Part shown: piece after piece, positions 26,458-35,650 of the stretch
How positions within the stretch are numbered: position 1 is the first letter of the stretch
How the letters are laid out: every line of letters begins with the position of its first letter
Source: Nitrospinota bacterium
GTDB taxonomy: Bacteria > UBA8248
Length of the DNA: 43,334 bases
Direction: 5' to 3'
Assembly (NCBI GenBank): GCA_030754595.1
Contig: JASLZZ010000016.1
Span: 1-43,334 of the forward strand
The notes under the pieces: generated by a model
What the model was told of the DNA's origin: nothing
The model's database searches: none
The model's input: only the letters and a program-made list of their open reading frames with translations
Translations under genes and position numbers: made by a program

Positions 26458-26750
26458 GTGAGCGCATTTGTCGTTGTCCATGTCGATGTGAAAGACCCTG
26501 AAAAGTTCAAGGCGTATGGAGGGGGCGCTCAGCCCACGGTCGCGGCTCACGGGGGCGAGTTCATCCTCCGGGGGAAGGTGGCCGATGTCTTCCACGGCGT
26601 GCACTCCCACAACAGGCGGTGGTCATCAAGTTCCCCGATCAGGTCGCTGCGAAGGCCTGGTATGACTCTCCGGAGTATCAGGCCCTGATTCCGAACCGCG
26701 ACGAGGCGGCCGACATGGTGTTCATCAGCTTCAACGAGCCTCCAGCTTAG
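26458..26750 (+). pseudogene. DUF1330-family protein, frameshifted
   Basis: AAAGGAG RBS. DVKDPEKFKAY...HGGEFILRG, then after a frameshift near 26614: VVIKFPDQVAAKAWYDSPEYQALIPNR...*. Confidence 0.85.
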
Positions 26751-26815
26751 CTGCTGGCCTAGCCGCCGGGGAAACTCCCCTTCGCCCGGAGGGCTGGCCC
26801 GGCGGACAGGCGAGG

Positions 26816-27694
26816 TTATCCGCCCCAGATGATGGCCAGCCCGCCGGCGAGGGTGATGACGGCCCCCGCGACGACCCGCCAGGTGATCGTGTCTAGCTTG
26901 CCCATGAAGAGCCACGAGAAAAGAACCACCAGCAGAACCGATATCCGCCGGATAGGCACCACCTCGACCACATCGCCGAGACGGAGCGAAACCCAGAAAG
27001 TCATCGCCGCGAAGGCGTTCATGACTCCTCCGGCGACGGCGATTAGGACGGGCCGAAGCTCGGCCTTGATTCCGGTCTTTCGCTCGGTGACAGGTAGAAG
27101 CGCGGCCTGAAGAAACGAGGCAACGAAACAGGCGACGGTCAGGCCGAAGGTGGCCGAGGGAATCATGCTGTAGGCGTGCTTGCGCATCGAGGGCGCCGCC
27201 GCCATGACCAGGGCCGCCAGGATAGGGAGAAGGTAGTAAACGAACCGTTTTTTTGGGTCCTCTCCGCCGCGCTCGGCCATGATGAGTGTCGCCCCGCCCA
27301 CGATGAACGCCGTCCCGATGACGACCTCGATGGTGGGCCGCTCGCCCAGGAAGGTGATTGCCACCATCGAGGACCAAAGCGGAGAGAACTGAAACAGCAC
27401 CTGGGTGCGCGATAGCCCGATTAAGTGAATCGCCAGGTACATCAGGTAGCGGGCGGCGAAGTTGGCGATGGCGCCGGAAACGGCGAACAGGGCGATTGCG
27501 TAGGGGGGCCACGCTTCCACCCTGCCCCCGGCGAGGTAGAAGGCTGCGGCGATGATGGTGATCACCACGTTGGCCACGAGGGAAGCCGCCGCCGGACTGA
27601 GTTGGCTGATGGATTTGCCTAACAGGGTCTGGGCCGAGGCTGTGAAGAAGGCCGAGATGAGCGCGATATAGTTGGGATGCAGGGATTCGAGCAA
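26816..27694 (-). CDS. DMT/EamA-family transporter
   Basis: About 10 hydrophobic helices in two repeats. SPLW...A..FLGER and VVPI.....L motifs. Confidence 0.85.
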   Translation of the reverse strand: MLESLHPNYIALISAFFTASAQTLLGKSISQLSPAAASLVANVVITIIAAAFYLAGGRVEAWPPYAIALFAVSGAIANFAARYLMYLAIHLIGLSRTQVLFQFSPLWSSMVAITFLGERPTIEVVIGTAFIVGGATLIMAERGGEDPKKRFVYYLLPILAALVMAAAPSMRKHAYSMIPSATFGLTVACFVASFLQAALLPVTERKTGIKAELRPVLIAVAGGVMNAFAAMTFWVSLRLGDVVEVVPIRRISVLLVVLFSWLFMGKLDTITWRVVAGAVITLAGGLAIIWGG

Positions 27695-27925
27695 TCGGCC
27701 ACCTGTCGGCGATGAGGAGCACTGCCGGAAATACTCTTCGCATTATCGCACGCCGGTCCCGCCCTTGGCCACGAAGGCGGAGTCGTGCGCGGTACGCGAT
27801 TGCCCGATTCCTCCGGGGCGGATATGATTTCCCGTACCCGAGAAAATCTTCTCCGGCGGCTGGTCCCCGGCGGCCCGAGCGCATCTGCAGGAACCTTTCA
27901 TTCTTCAAGACAGGAGACTTTTGAC

Positions 27926-28834
27926 ATGGAAAAACGCATCCTCGGAAACACGGGACTTGAGGTGACAGTCGTCGGCTTCGGCGCGATGACCATCGGCGGC
28001 GCTTTCGGCCCCGTGGACGACAACGAGAGCAACAGGGCCCTACATGCGGCCATCGACGGCGGCATGAATTTCATCGACACCTCGGACGCCTATGGCGCGG
28101 GGCTGAGCGAGAACGTCATCGGCAAGTTTCTCAAGGAGCGATCCGACCGCCACAATATCATCATCTTCACCAAGGGCGGCAACAACATGGCTACGGGCAA
28201 CCGCGACTTCACACCCGAGTACATCGCGAACGCCCTTGAGAATAGCCTGAAGCGCCTCGAGGTTGAGGCCATCGATCTTTATCTGCTTCACAACCCGGTT
28301 CTCGACAACATGCAGGCCGAGGACAGCTACGCCGTTCTCGAAAAGGCCAAGGACGACGGTAAGATCAAGAACTGGGGCGTCTCGGTCAACACCGACGATG
28401 AGTGCGACTACGCCGTCGAGCAGAGCCGGCCCTCGGTCATGCAGATGGAGTACAATATCCTCGGGCAGAGCCCGGCGGCTTCGTTCGCCCGCGCGAAAGA
28501 GGCGGGCATGGGCGTCATCTCGCGCGTTCCGCTCAAGCGGGGTTTTCTCTCGGGCCGCATCGACGAAACTTTCGAGTTCGCCGAGGGCGATCGCCGGAAG
28601 AAAATGCTCTCGCCCGAGAACATCAAGAAATTCCAGGACAAGCTGAACCGGCTCCGGGACGTGGCGGGCCAACTCAACATCAGCCCCGCCGAGGCGGCGA
28701 TTCGCTTCTGCGTCTCGAACACAGACGTGACCTGCGTTATCCCGGGAATCCGCACCCCCGAGCAATCCACCCAGAACGCGGCCTGCGGCGAGGTACTGCC
28801 CCCGGAGGCGGTGAGCAGGCTCCGGGAGTTCTAG
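27926..28834 (+). CDS. Aldo/keto reductase (cytoplasmic)
   Basis: AGGAG RBS. LGNTGLEV..VGFGA, FIDTSDAYG.G.SE, SLKRL...IDLYLLHNP, VIPG. Confidence 0.92.
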   Translation: MEKRILGNTGLEVTVVGFGAMTIGGAFGPVDDNESNRALHAAIDGGMNFIDTSDAYGAGLSENVIGKFLKERSDRHNIIIFTKGGNNMATGNRDFTPEYIANALENSLKRLEVEAIDLYLLHNPVLDNMQAEDSYAVLEKAKDDGKIKNWGVSVNTDDECDYAVEQSRPSVMQMEYNILGQSPAASFARAKEAGMGVISRVPLKRGFLSGRIDETFEFAEGDRRKKMLSPENIKKFQDKLNRLRDVAGQLNISPAEAAIRFCVSNTDVTCVIPGIRTPEQSTQNAACGEVLPPEAVSRLREF

Positions 28835-28895
28835 GCGCGGCGGCCATCCTGCGGAGGGCCACTCCGTGGCGGGCCATGATATGGCGGGCCATGCG

Positions 28896-29576
28896 ATGGC
28901 GGCGGGAGCGGAGCGCGCGCGGCGGGAGATTCAAAAAAAACTCGTAGTCTTGTTTGTGTGGGCGGCCGCCTTCGCGTTTGTGGAGGCGGCCGTCGTTGTT
29001 TACCTGCGGCGGATTTTCTACCCCGGAGGGTTCGCCTTCCCGCTCAAACCCGAGATGCTCGAGTCTATCCTCGGGGTCGAGGTCGCCCGCGAGGCGGCGA
29101 CGATGATCATGCTCGCGGCGGCGGCCTGGCTGGCGGACACCCGCCCCTGGGTCCGCTTCGGTTACTTCATGGCCGCCTTCGGAATCTGGGACATTTTCTA
29201 CTATATCTGGCTCTGGGCCGTTCTCGGCTGGCCGCCCTCGGTGTTCACGCTCGATGTTCTCTTTCTAATCCCCATCGTCTGGGTGGGGCCCGTGTGGTCG
29301 CCGGTGGTGGTCTCGGCCGGGCTCATCGGCTGCGGAGCGGCGGTGGCGTATCGCACAGGCGGGGGAGGGGTCTTCCGGCTCGGCGCGGGGGGGTGGTCGG
29401 CCGTCGTCCTCTCGGGGCTCGTCATCATCGCCAGCTATCTCTGGTGGGGGCCCGCGGCCATGCGCTGGGAGATGCCGGGGCCCTATCCATGGTGGGTTTT
29501 CTGGCCCGGTTTCGCCCTCGGGCTGGGGGCGTTTTTTAGGGCGTGGCGGGATGCGCCGCCGGGGGATTCGGGATAG
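28896..29576 (+). CDS. Hypothetical integral membrane protein
   Basis: Several hydrophobic helices, with motif-like segments AFVEAAVVVYLR, EVAREAAT, FGIWDIFYY, DVLFLIP..WVGPV. Start uncertain (28866-28896). Confidence 0.75.
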   Translation: MAAGAERARREIQKKLVVLFVWAAAFAFVEAAVVVYLRRIFYPGGFAFPLKPEMLESILGVEVAREAATMIMLAAAAWLADTRPWVRFGYFMAAFGIWDIFYYIWLWAVLGWPPSVFTLDVLFLIPIVWVGPVWSPVVVSAGLIGCGAAVAYRTGGGGVFRLGAGGWSAVVLSGLVIIASYLWWGPAAMRWEMPGPYPWWVFWPGFALGLGAFFRAWRDAPPGDSG

Positions 29577-29595
29577 TATGGTTTTTCAGACCAAT

Positions 29596-29617
29596 CGCTA
29601 AGCTAACGCTAAGCTAA
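29596..29617 (+). repeat. Perfect tandem 11-bp direct repeat in promoter region
   Basis: CGCTAAGCTAA x2, about 45 bp upstream of the racemase-family start. Confidence 0.85.
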
Positions 29618-29661
29618 TAAGAGGAAACCCATCATCGCCATCAAAAAAGGGGAGAGATGTC

Positions 29662-30525
29662 ATGGAAAATGGAAATAAAAGATACCGCTTTTTGCTCGTT
29701 CAACCCTTCCACGTACCGGACGACAGCCGCTACTACGAGCGCAAGCTGGGCAGGACGAAAGAGGAGAGCCTGATGAACTACGAGATGGTGAAGCACCATC
29801 TCGGTGATGTGGAATGGGAGTTCGACCGGGGCACGCTGGCCTCCTACGGAGACTGGGCGGTCGAGAACCGCGAGGAGTTCGGGCTCGTGTCGGGGGGGCG
29901 GCTCGGCATCGTCCGCGAGGCCTGCGAGGGCGGCAAGTACAACGGCATCATCCTCCTCGGCGGAGGCGAGCCGGGCTTTTTCGAGTGCCGCGAGATTTCG
30001 CGAAAATACGGCGTCGTCGTCACCGCCAACGCTTTTTCGCAGATGTACCTCGCCACCATGTTGGGAAACAAGTTCAGCGTCATCGACTTCGCCGAGACGC
30101 ATAACATGTACTACCGGAACCTCGTCTTCCAGCACAGGCTCGAGCACCGCTGCGCCTCGATCCGGAATTTCGGCTACTATCACCCCCGGCCCGGATTCGA
30201 TGGCGAGGAGTCGCTCCACGAAGAAAAAGAAAAGGCGCTGCGCGGCGAGCCCTCAGAGGCCGTCCAGCGCGCCATCGCCGAGGCCGAATCGGCCCTCGAG
30301 GAGGACGGCGCCGAGGTCATCACCTTCGGCTGCTCGGGCTGTTTCTGGCTCAAGCCCTTCGTCGAGGAGGGTCTCAAGGAGCGCGGCTGGGACGTGCCGG
30401 TCATGGAGGGATACGGCGCCTCGATCGAACTCGCCAAGCTGATGATCAACATGGGCGTCAACGCCAGCGGCGTCACCTTCCCGGTGGACCGGCCCAAGCG
30501 GCGCCCTAGGCGGGTCACGCTCTAG
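29662..30525 (+). CDS. Asp/Glu/hydantoin racemase-family protein
   Basis: GIILLGGGEPG, LATMLGNKFSVI, EEDGAEVITFGCSG, DVPVMEG..A..LA. Confidence 0.8.
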   Translation: MENGNKRYRFLLVQPFHVPDDSRYYERKLGRTKEESLMNYEMVKHHLGDVEWEFDRGTLASYGDWAVENREEFGLVSGGRLGIVREACEGGKYNGIILLGGGEPGFFECREISRKYGVVVTANAFSQMYLATMLGNKFSVIDFAETHNMYYRNLVFQHRLEHRCASIRNFGYYHPRPGFDGEESLHEEKEKALRGEPSEAVQRAIAEAESALEEDGAEVITFGCSGCFWLKPFVEEGLKERGWDVPVMEGYGASIELAKLMINMGVNASGVTFPVDRPKRRPRRVTL

Positions 30526-30603
30526 GGCTGGCCGGCGATTCCCCGGCGCGGCCGCCGCCGGGATTCGATCGCCGCTCCCGCGGCCCGGGGGGAGGGCGCT
30601 GCC

Positions 30604-31824
30604 ATGGAGTGCCCGAATTATTTCTGGCCCTGGTTCTCCGGGGAGGAATACGAGCGCCGCTACGCCAACATCCGGGCGGCGATGGAGAAAAAGGGTCTCG
30701 GCGCCCTGGTGGTCTACGGCGTCAGCCGATCGATGAACATGGACCCGGGCCAGACGAACATCGTCTACCTCGCGAGCGTCGCCTCCGCCGGCCAGACGTT
30801 CATCGTCTTCCCCCTGGAGGGGGAGCCGACGATGTTCATCATGTACAAAAACCACGTCAAAAATACGAAGGCGATGTCGCCCATCCGCGATGTCCGCGCG
30901 GGCGGAACCTTCTTCGAGGCCGGCGGGATGACCCATGCCCCCCGCCGCGTGGCGGAGCGCCTCAAGGAGCTCGGCCTCGAAAACCGGCGGATCGGCATCA
31001 TGGGCGAGTCCGCCTGGCTCGGCATTCACCTCCCCCACGAGGCCCACGAGACGATCACCGGGGCGCTCCCCGGGGCGGAATTCGAGGTCCTCACCTCGTG
31101 GTACGAGGAGTTGCGCCTGATCAAGAGCGACGAGGAAATCGCCCTGATGCGGCGGGTCGCGGCCATGACCGACGCCGCCTACGAGGTGATGGTCCGCGCC
31201 GTGCGGCCGGGCGTGCGCCCCTGCGATCTCTACAACGACCTGGTCCGAGCCTCGGTGGACATGGGCGGGCGTGTCTGCCTGGGCCACGTCGGGCGCACCC
31301 CGATGAGCGATCCCGACATGAACTATCCGCACTACTACCCGCTCACAACGCCGATCCGGGCGGGCGATGCCGTCATGACCGAGGTGGCGGTGGGAACGGC
31401 CGGCTATTCGGGGAAGATCTGGGGAACTTTTTTCGTGGGCGACCCGACGCCCGAGTACGAGGAGATGTTCCGCCTCGCCGTCAAGACGAGCGACGTCATC
31501 GCCGCCGCGATCAGGCCGGGCGTCCGGACGGGGGACCTCACCCGGCTCTGCCCCGACACGATTCAGGACGCGGGTTACATGGCCAAGACCAGCATCTGCG
31601 GCTGGTCGAACCGGAACGCGCGCCCCGACGTGCGCGGCGACGGCGACCGGATCACCGACCCCGATTTCATCTTCGAGAAAAACCAGTGCATCAACGTCGT
31701 CGGCTGGCCCTCGGACCACGACGAGACCCGTGGCGTCTGGCCCGGGGACTGCTGCATCGTCCACCGAGAGGGCATCGAAAACCCCCAGCAATACCCCATC
31801 CGCGAGATCCACGTCGCCGGGTGA
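30604..31824 (+). CDS. M24-fold protein (creatinase/Xaa-Pro peptidase-like)
   Basis: FSGEEYERR...IRAAM...GL.AL (creatinase N-domain), LRLIKSDEEIALMRR, RPGV, GY.G, IRPG. Confidence 0.82.
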   Translation: MECPNYFWPWFSGEEYERRYANIRAAMEKKGLGALVVYGVSRSMNMDPGQTNIVYLASVASAGQTFIVFPLEGEPTMFIMYKNHVKNTKAMSPIRDVRAGGTFFEAGGMTHAPRRVAERLKELGLENRRIGIMGESAWLGIHLPHEAHETITGALPGAEFEVLTSWYEELRLIKSDEEIALMRRVAAMTDAAYEVMVRAVRPGVRPCDLYNDLVRASVDMGGRVCLGHVGRTPMSDPDMNYPHYYPLTTPIRAGDAVMTEVAVGTAGYSGKIWGTFFVGDPTPEYEEMFRLAVKTSDVIAAAIRPGVRTGDLTRLCPDTIQDAGYMAKTSICGWSNRNARPDVRGDGDRITDPDFIFEKNQCINVVGWPSDHDETRGVWPGDCCIVHREGIENPQQYPIREIHVAG

Positions 31825-31873
31825 GGGGGCCAGGGGGGGCGACGCTCTAGGGTTTCGCCCAAAAGAAACAGAC

Positions 31874-31912
31874 AAAAAGCCGCCTTCGGGGAATTGGGGG
31901 CGGCTTTTTTTT
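31874..31912 (+). terminator. Intrinsic terminator after the M24-fold gene
   Basis: AAAAAGCCGCC...GGCGGC followed by T8. Confidence 0.85.
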
Positions 31913-31944
31913 GTGCCGCCGGTCCTTTCGGTTGGGTTTGACCG

Positions 31945-32060
31945 ACATAAAACCTATAAATTCAATTTGATAAAAAATTAACGCAAAAATTTACGAAAGT
32001 GTTATATTATTAGCTAACATAAATAAGTTGCTCAAAATCATGTCATAGATTTGTATTCGC
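31945..32060 (+). promoter_or_regulatory. AT-rich promoter region of the FG-GAP gene (possible extended -10)
   Basis: Very AT-rich. TGTTATATT at 32000-32008 resembles TGnTATAAT. Confidence 0.4.
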
Positions 32061-32108
32061 CGGGCCGGGTGTAGATTTCCGGCTTCTTCTCGGGGGGGAG
32101 CCTACGAG

Positions 32109-33710
32109 ATGAAAAAAATTGCCGCTTATCTGTTAGGTGCAGCCGTCGCCGCGGCGCCGATGCTTCATCCGGCGACCGCGCGGGCCGCCGAACCCTACAA
32201 CCAGATCGCCAAGCTCACCGCGAGCGACCCCGGGGCGGATGATCTCTTCGGCGTTTCCGTTTCCGTCGACGGCAACATCATGGCCGTCGGGTCCAAGTGG
32301 GACGACGATAACGCATTCAATTCCGGCGCGGTTTATGTTTTCGAGCGGATGGCCCCGGGCTCGCCCTGGACCCAAACGGCCAAGTTCGTAACGGACCTCA
32401 ATACCGCGTATCAGGTCTTCGGTCATTCCGTATCCGTCAGCGGCGGCACCATCGTGGCCAGCATCTTAAACGAGAACTTCTTTGACGGTGATAGAACCGG
32501 CGCAGTTTATGTATATGACAAAGGGGCCTTGGGCTGGAGCCAAACGGCAAAGCTCAAACCGGACAGCGGCGGGGAGCAGTCTGACAATTTCGGTATATCC
32601 GTTTCCGTCGACGGCGACACTATCGTCGTCGGGGCTTCCGAGGAGGATGGTAATCCAAGCCAATACCTGGCCTATGGCGCGGCCTATGTGTTCGAGAAGG
32701 GGGCCTCGGGCTGGAGTGAGGCGGCCAAACTCACGGCGAGCGACGGCGCGAACAATGATTTCTTCGGCCTATCCGTTTCCATCGATGGCCCCACCATCGC
32801 CGTCGGGGCCCAAGGAAATGATGGCGCCGACACCAACACTGGCGCGGCCTGTGTGTTCGAGAAGGGGGCCTAGGGCTGGAGTGAAACGGCCAAGCTCACG
32901 GCGAGCGACGCCGAATTATACGATCAACTGGGCTCTTCGGTTTCAGTTGACGGCGATACCGTCGCAGCAGGGGCGGGCTTTAATCTCTCAACCGGCGCGG
33001 CCTATGTGTTCGAGCGGGGTGCTTCTGGCTGGAGTGAAGCGGCCAAACTCACGGCTGACTACGCCCAGGCGTCGGACAGGTTCGGCAATTCCGTATCCGT
33101 CAGCGGCGGCCTGGTTGGCGTCGGAGCCTACAATAGCGGAGCTTCCAGCGGTTCCGCCATCGGCGCGGCCGATGTGTTCGAAACTCCGGTGGCCCGCGCC
33201 GCGGAAAGCGCCCAGATCGCGTCGCTCCAGGGGGACCTGACCCAGTGTCAGGCCGACCTCACGGCCTCAAGCGGCCAGAACGCCCAGCTTCAGTCCGATC
33301 TGACCGCCACGAACGCGACTATTACATCCCAGGCGGGTCAAATCACATCGCTGGCTTCGGACCTGGCGGCGGCGAACCAGACCATTCAGGATAAAAACGC
33401 TGAAATTTCCACTCTAACGGCTGACCTGACGGCGGCAAACCAGACCATCGCCGAGCGCGATGCGACCATCAGTTCGATGATCCTTTCTTTCCTCCAGAAA
33501 AAATCGGTGGACGAGATAGCGGCGGCCGTCATCCGCGACGCGGTCCGAAAGACGATCGATGACGCCTTCGCCCAGGGCGAGACCAGCGCCAAGAACATCG
33601 CCAAGGCCGAGAAGGAATACGCCAAGGGCATGTCGGAGATGAATAAGGTCCGCTACGATAAAGCGGTCAAACACTTCAAGAAAGCTTATCAGCATGTGAC
33701 CAAGAAATAG
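32109..33710 (+). pseudogene. Secreted FG-GAP (integrin-alpha-like beta-propeller) repeat protein with coiled-coil stalk; in-frame TAG
   Basis: Signal peptide and six AKL...FG.SVS.DG..VG...GA.YVF repeats. TAG at 32871-32873 sits where sibling repeats have TCG/TCT/TTG. The frame stays open to 33710. Confidence 0.85.
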
Positions 33711-33754
33711 AAGGTCTCAAAAGGGGTTGCAAAGAAGTGGCTGCCCGAAAGCGC

Positions 33755-33796
33755 TAATAAAAACCCCCGGGCTGAAAGGTCCGGGGGTTTTTATTA
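33755..33796. terminator. Bidirectional intrinsic terminator between the convergent FG-GAP gene and thiI
   Basis: TAATAAAAACCCCCGG / CCGGGGGTTTTTATTA is a perfect 16-bp inverted repeat with A/T tracts on both sides. Confidence 0.9.
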
Positions 33797-33825
33797 TGAG
33801 GCGGCGGGTTTAGGATCCTGCCTCT

Positions 33826-35082
33826 TCATTTAACCGGAAATGGATGCACCTCCAAAAACGGCTTGCTCACGGGCCGCTTGCCGGCGCTGATTTCGAGGAC
33901 CTCGCTATCGGCGAGGGCGCGGTCGATCATCTCATCGGCGGGCATTTGGGCTTCGGCGCGGCGAAGGAAGACGGCCTTCGATTTCGTGGCGGGGTGCTTG
34001 GGCACAAAAAGCGAGCAGCAATCCTGATCGGGCTCGATTGAAATCTCGAAGCTACCGAGAGCGCGGGCCTCGGCGATAATTTCCTCTTTGTCCATTCCGA
34101 CGAGGGGCCGGAGGATGGGGATCGTCGCGGCCTCCTCGACGGCGGCCATGTTCGAGAGGGACTGGCTGGCGACCTGGGCCAGGCTATCGCCGGTGACGAT
34201 GGCCAGCGCGCCCTCGAGGGCCGCGATGCGCTCGGTGATCCGTACCATGAACCGGCGGTAGAGGACGACGCGGTCCGCCGCCGGGGCGGTGAGCACGATG
34301 TCTTTTTGAAGCGACCCGAAGGGGATGAGGTAGAGGCGGCTGCCGAGTTGGTAGCCGTCCAGGATCTCGGCGAGGTCGCCGGCCTTTTCGGCCGAGACCC
34401 GGCTCAGGTAGGGCGCGCCGTGAAAGTGGACGAAGACGACCTCGCAGCCGCGCTTCATCATCCGCCGGGCGGCGACGGGCGAGTCGATTCCGCCCGAGAG
34501 CATGGCGGCGACCCGGCCGCTCGCGCCGATGGGCAGTCCGCCGGGGCCGGGGATTTTTTCGGCGTAGGCGACGGCCTGGTTCTTGAGGGCTTCGATGTGG
34601 ATCGTCGTGCCGGGCGCGGTCAGGTTGACGGGCAGGTGGCGGCGGGCCTGGATGCGCGCGCCGATGGCCGGGTCCCACTCTTTCGAGCTGGCGGGTATGC
34701 CCTTGTGCTCCCGCCGGGTGCGCACCGCGAAGCTCGAAATTTCCATCGGGGCGATCATCTCGAGTACGCCCTCGGCGACGGCCCCCAGGTCGAGGGGGAA
34801 TTTCCGGGCGCGGGCGAAGTAGGCGAGCCCGAATACGCGGCCCAGCGCCCCGCGCAGGCCCTCCCAGTCGGTTTCGGGCTTCATGTCGAGGAGGAAGCGC
34901 CCGGAGAGGCGGGTGAGCCGGCCGGATCGGTGGGGCTGGGCGGCCATCTCGACCCGCCGGGCGAGCAGGCGGATGAAATGCGGGCGGTTTTTCCCCTTCA
35001 GACCGATTTCGTTGTAATGGAGAATTACGCAGCCGGCCCTGCCTTCGGCGCTGCCCTCGGCAGAGGATTTGTCCGGGGTCAT
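33826..35082 (-). CDS. thiI: tRNA 4-thiouridine(8) synthase ThiI (THUMP + PP-loop, no rhodanese domain)
   Basis: YNEIGLKGKNR, GPGGLPIG, MLSGGIDSPVA, TGDSLAQVASQ, RPLVGMDKEEI, DCCSLF.PKHP.T. ATG 35082 overlaps the upstream stop. Confidence 0.93.
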   Translation of the reverse strand: MTPDKSSAEGSAEGRAGCVILHYNEIGLKGKNRPHFIRLLARRVEMAAQPHRSGRLTRLSGRFLLDMKPETDWEGLRGALGRVFGLAYFARARKFPLDLGAVAEGVLEMIAPMEISSFAVRTRREHKGIPASSKEWDPAIGARIQARRHLPVNLTAPGTTIHIEALKNQAVAYAEKIPGPGGLPIGASGRVAAMLSGGIDSPVAARRMMKRGCEVVFVHFHGAPYLSRVSAEKAGDLAEILDGYQLGSRLYLIPFGSLQKDIVLTAPAADRVVLYRRFMVRITERIAALEGALAIVTGDSLAQVASQSLSNMAAVEEAATIPILRPLVGMDKEEIIAEARALGSFEISIEPDQDCCSLFVPKHPATKSKAVFLRRAEAQMPADEMIDRALADSEVLEISAGKRPVSKPFLEVHPFPVK

Positions 35083-35456
35083 TCGGCCCTCTCGATAAGG
35101 ACTTCCGTGCCGCCCGGGACGCCCGGAAACGCGCCTGCGTCCCCGGTGAGCCGCCCGAGGGGGTTCACCGCGCTCGCCGCGCGCGGGGCGTCGTCCACGC
35201 TGGCCGGGGTCCTTCCAAAAAAGATGCAAAACGCCTTGCCCGGAGGCCAGTAGGCGATTTCGCCCACCGCCATTTCCTCGCGGGCGGCGGGCTCGGCGGG
35301 GGCGTTGAGCGGGATGGCGAAATATATCTCCTCGCCCTAGATATTGGCCCGGCCCCCGGTGGGGAGCCCCTCCCAGAGCAGGTCCGCCGTGGGCGCGTCC
35401 AACAGATCGGCCTCCATCCGGACCGCCCCGGCCGTGATTCGAATTTTCCGGCCCAT
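35079..35456 (-). pseudogene. Cyclophilin-like-fold protein (TM1367/DUF369-like) with premature TAG
   Basis: GGAGGAGG RBS. MGRKIRITAG...LP...ANI*GEEIYF.IP...GEIAYWPPGKAFCIFFGRTP...VNPLG. TAG at 35337-35339 falls at the Trp expected in WG(D/E)EIYF. Confidence 0.82.
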
Positions 35457-35548
35457 CCCGGTTCCTCCTCCATGCCGCCTCAGGGGGTGGTTAATCTATC
35501 GGACATGGCCCCCCGAGTCACCCGGGGTGGTGTTCAGCCGGGGCGGCC

Positions 35549-35578
35549 TTGACAGGGCTCCCCCGGCCCTCCGAGAAT
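35549..35578 (+). promoter_or_regulatory. Possible sigma70 promoter for the ispB-maf operon
   Basis: TTGACA (35549-35554), 18-bp spacer, GAGAAT (35573-35578). Confidence 0.35.
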
Positions 35579-35650
35579 GCCCTGTTATGTGTGTTTCCGC
35601 TGTTATTAGGTAAGTTTTCCGCTTTCTCATTTCGGCCCTCCGGAGGAACG

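Noticed and set aside
28866..28905. 15-bp imperfect repeats (MAGHD/MAGHA) at the start of the membrane protein
   Set aside because: Probably a slippage duplication around the start codon. It only makes the start ambiguous.
32670..33060. Regularly spaced near-identical DNA repeats as CRISPR or DGR template/variable repeats
   Set aside because: They are the coding linkers of FG-GAP blades. Differences are not adenine-specific and no reverse transcriptase is present.
25753..35339. Three in-frame TAG codons (25753, 32871, 35337) as evidence of amber reassignment or pyrrolysine
   Set aside because: They align with different expected residues (Ser/Leu, Trp, unclear). TAG also terminates many intact genes here (e.g. 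7507, 9578, 14057, 28834), and no pyl genes are visible. Nonsense mutation is the simpler explanation.
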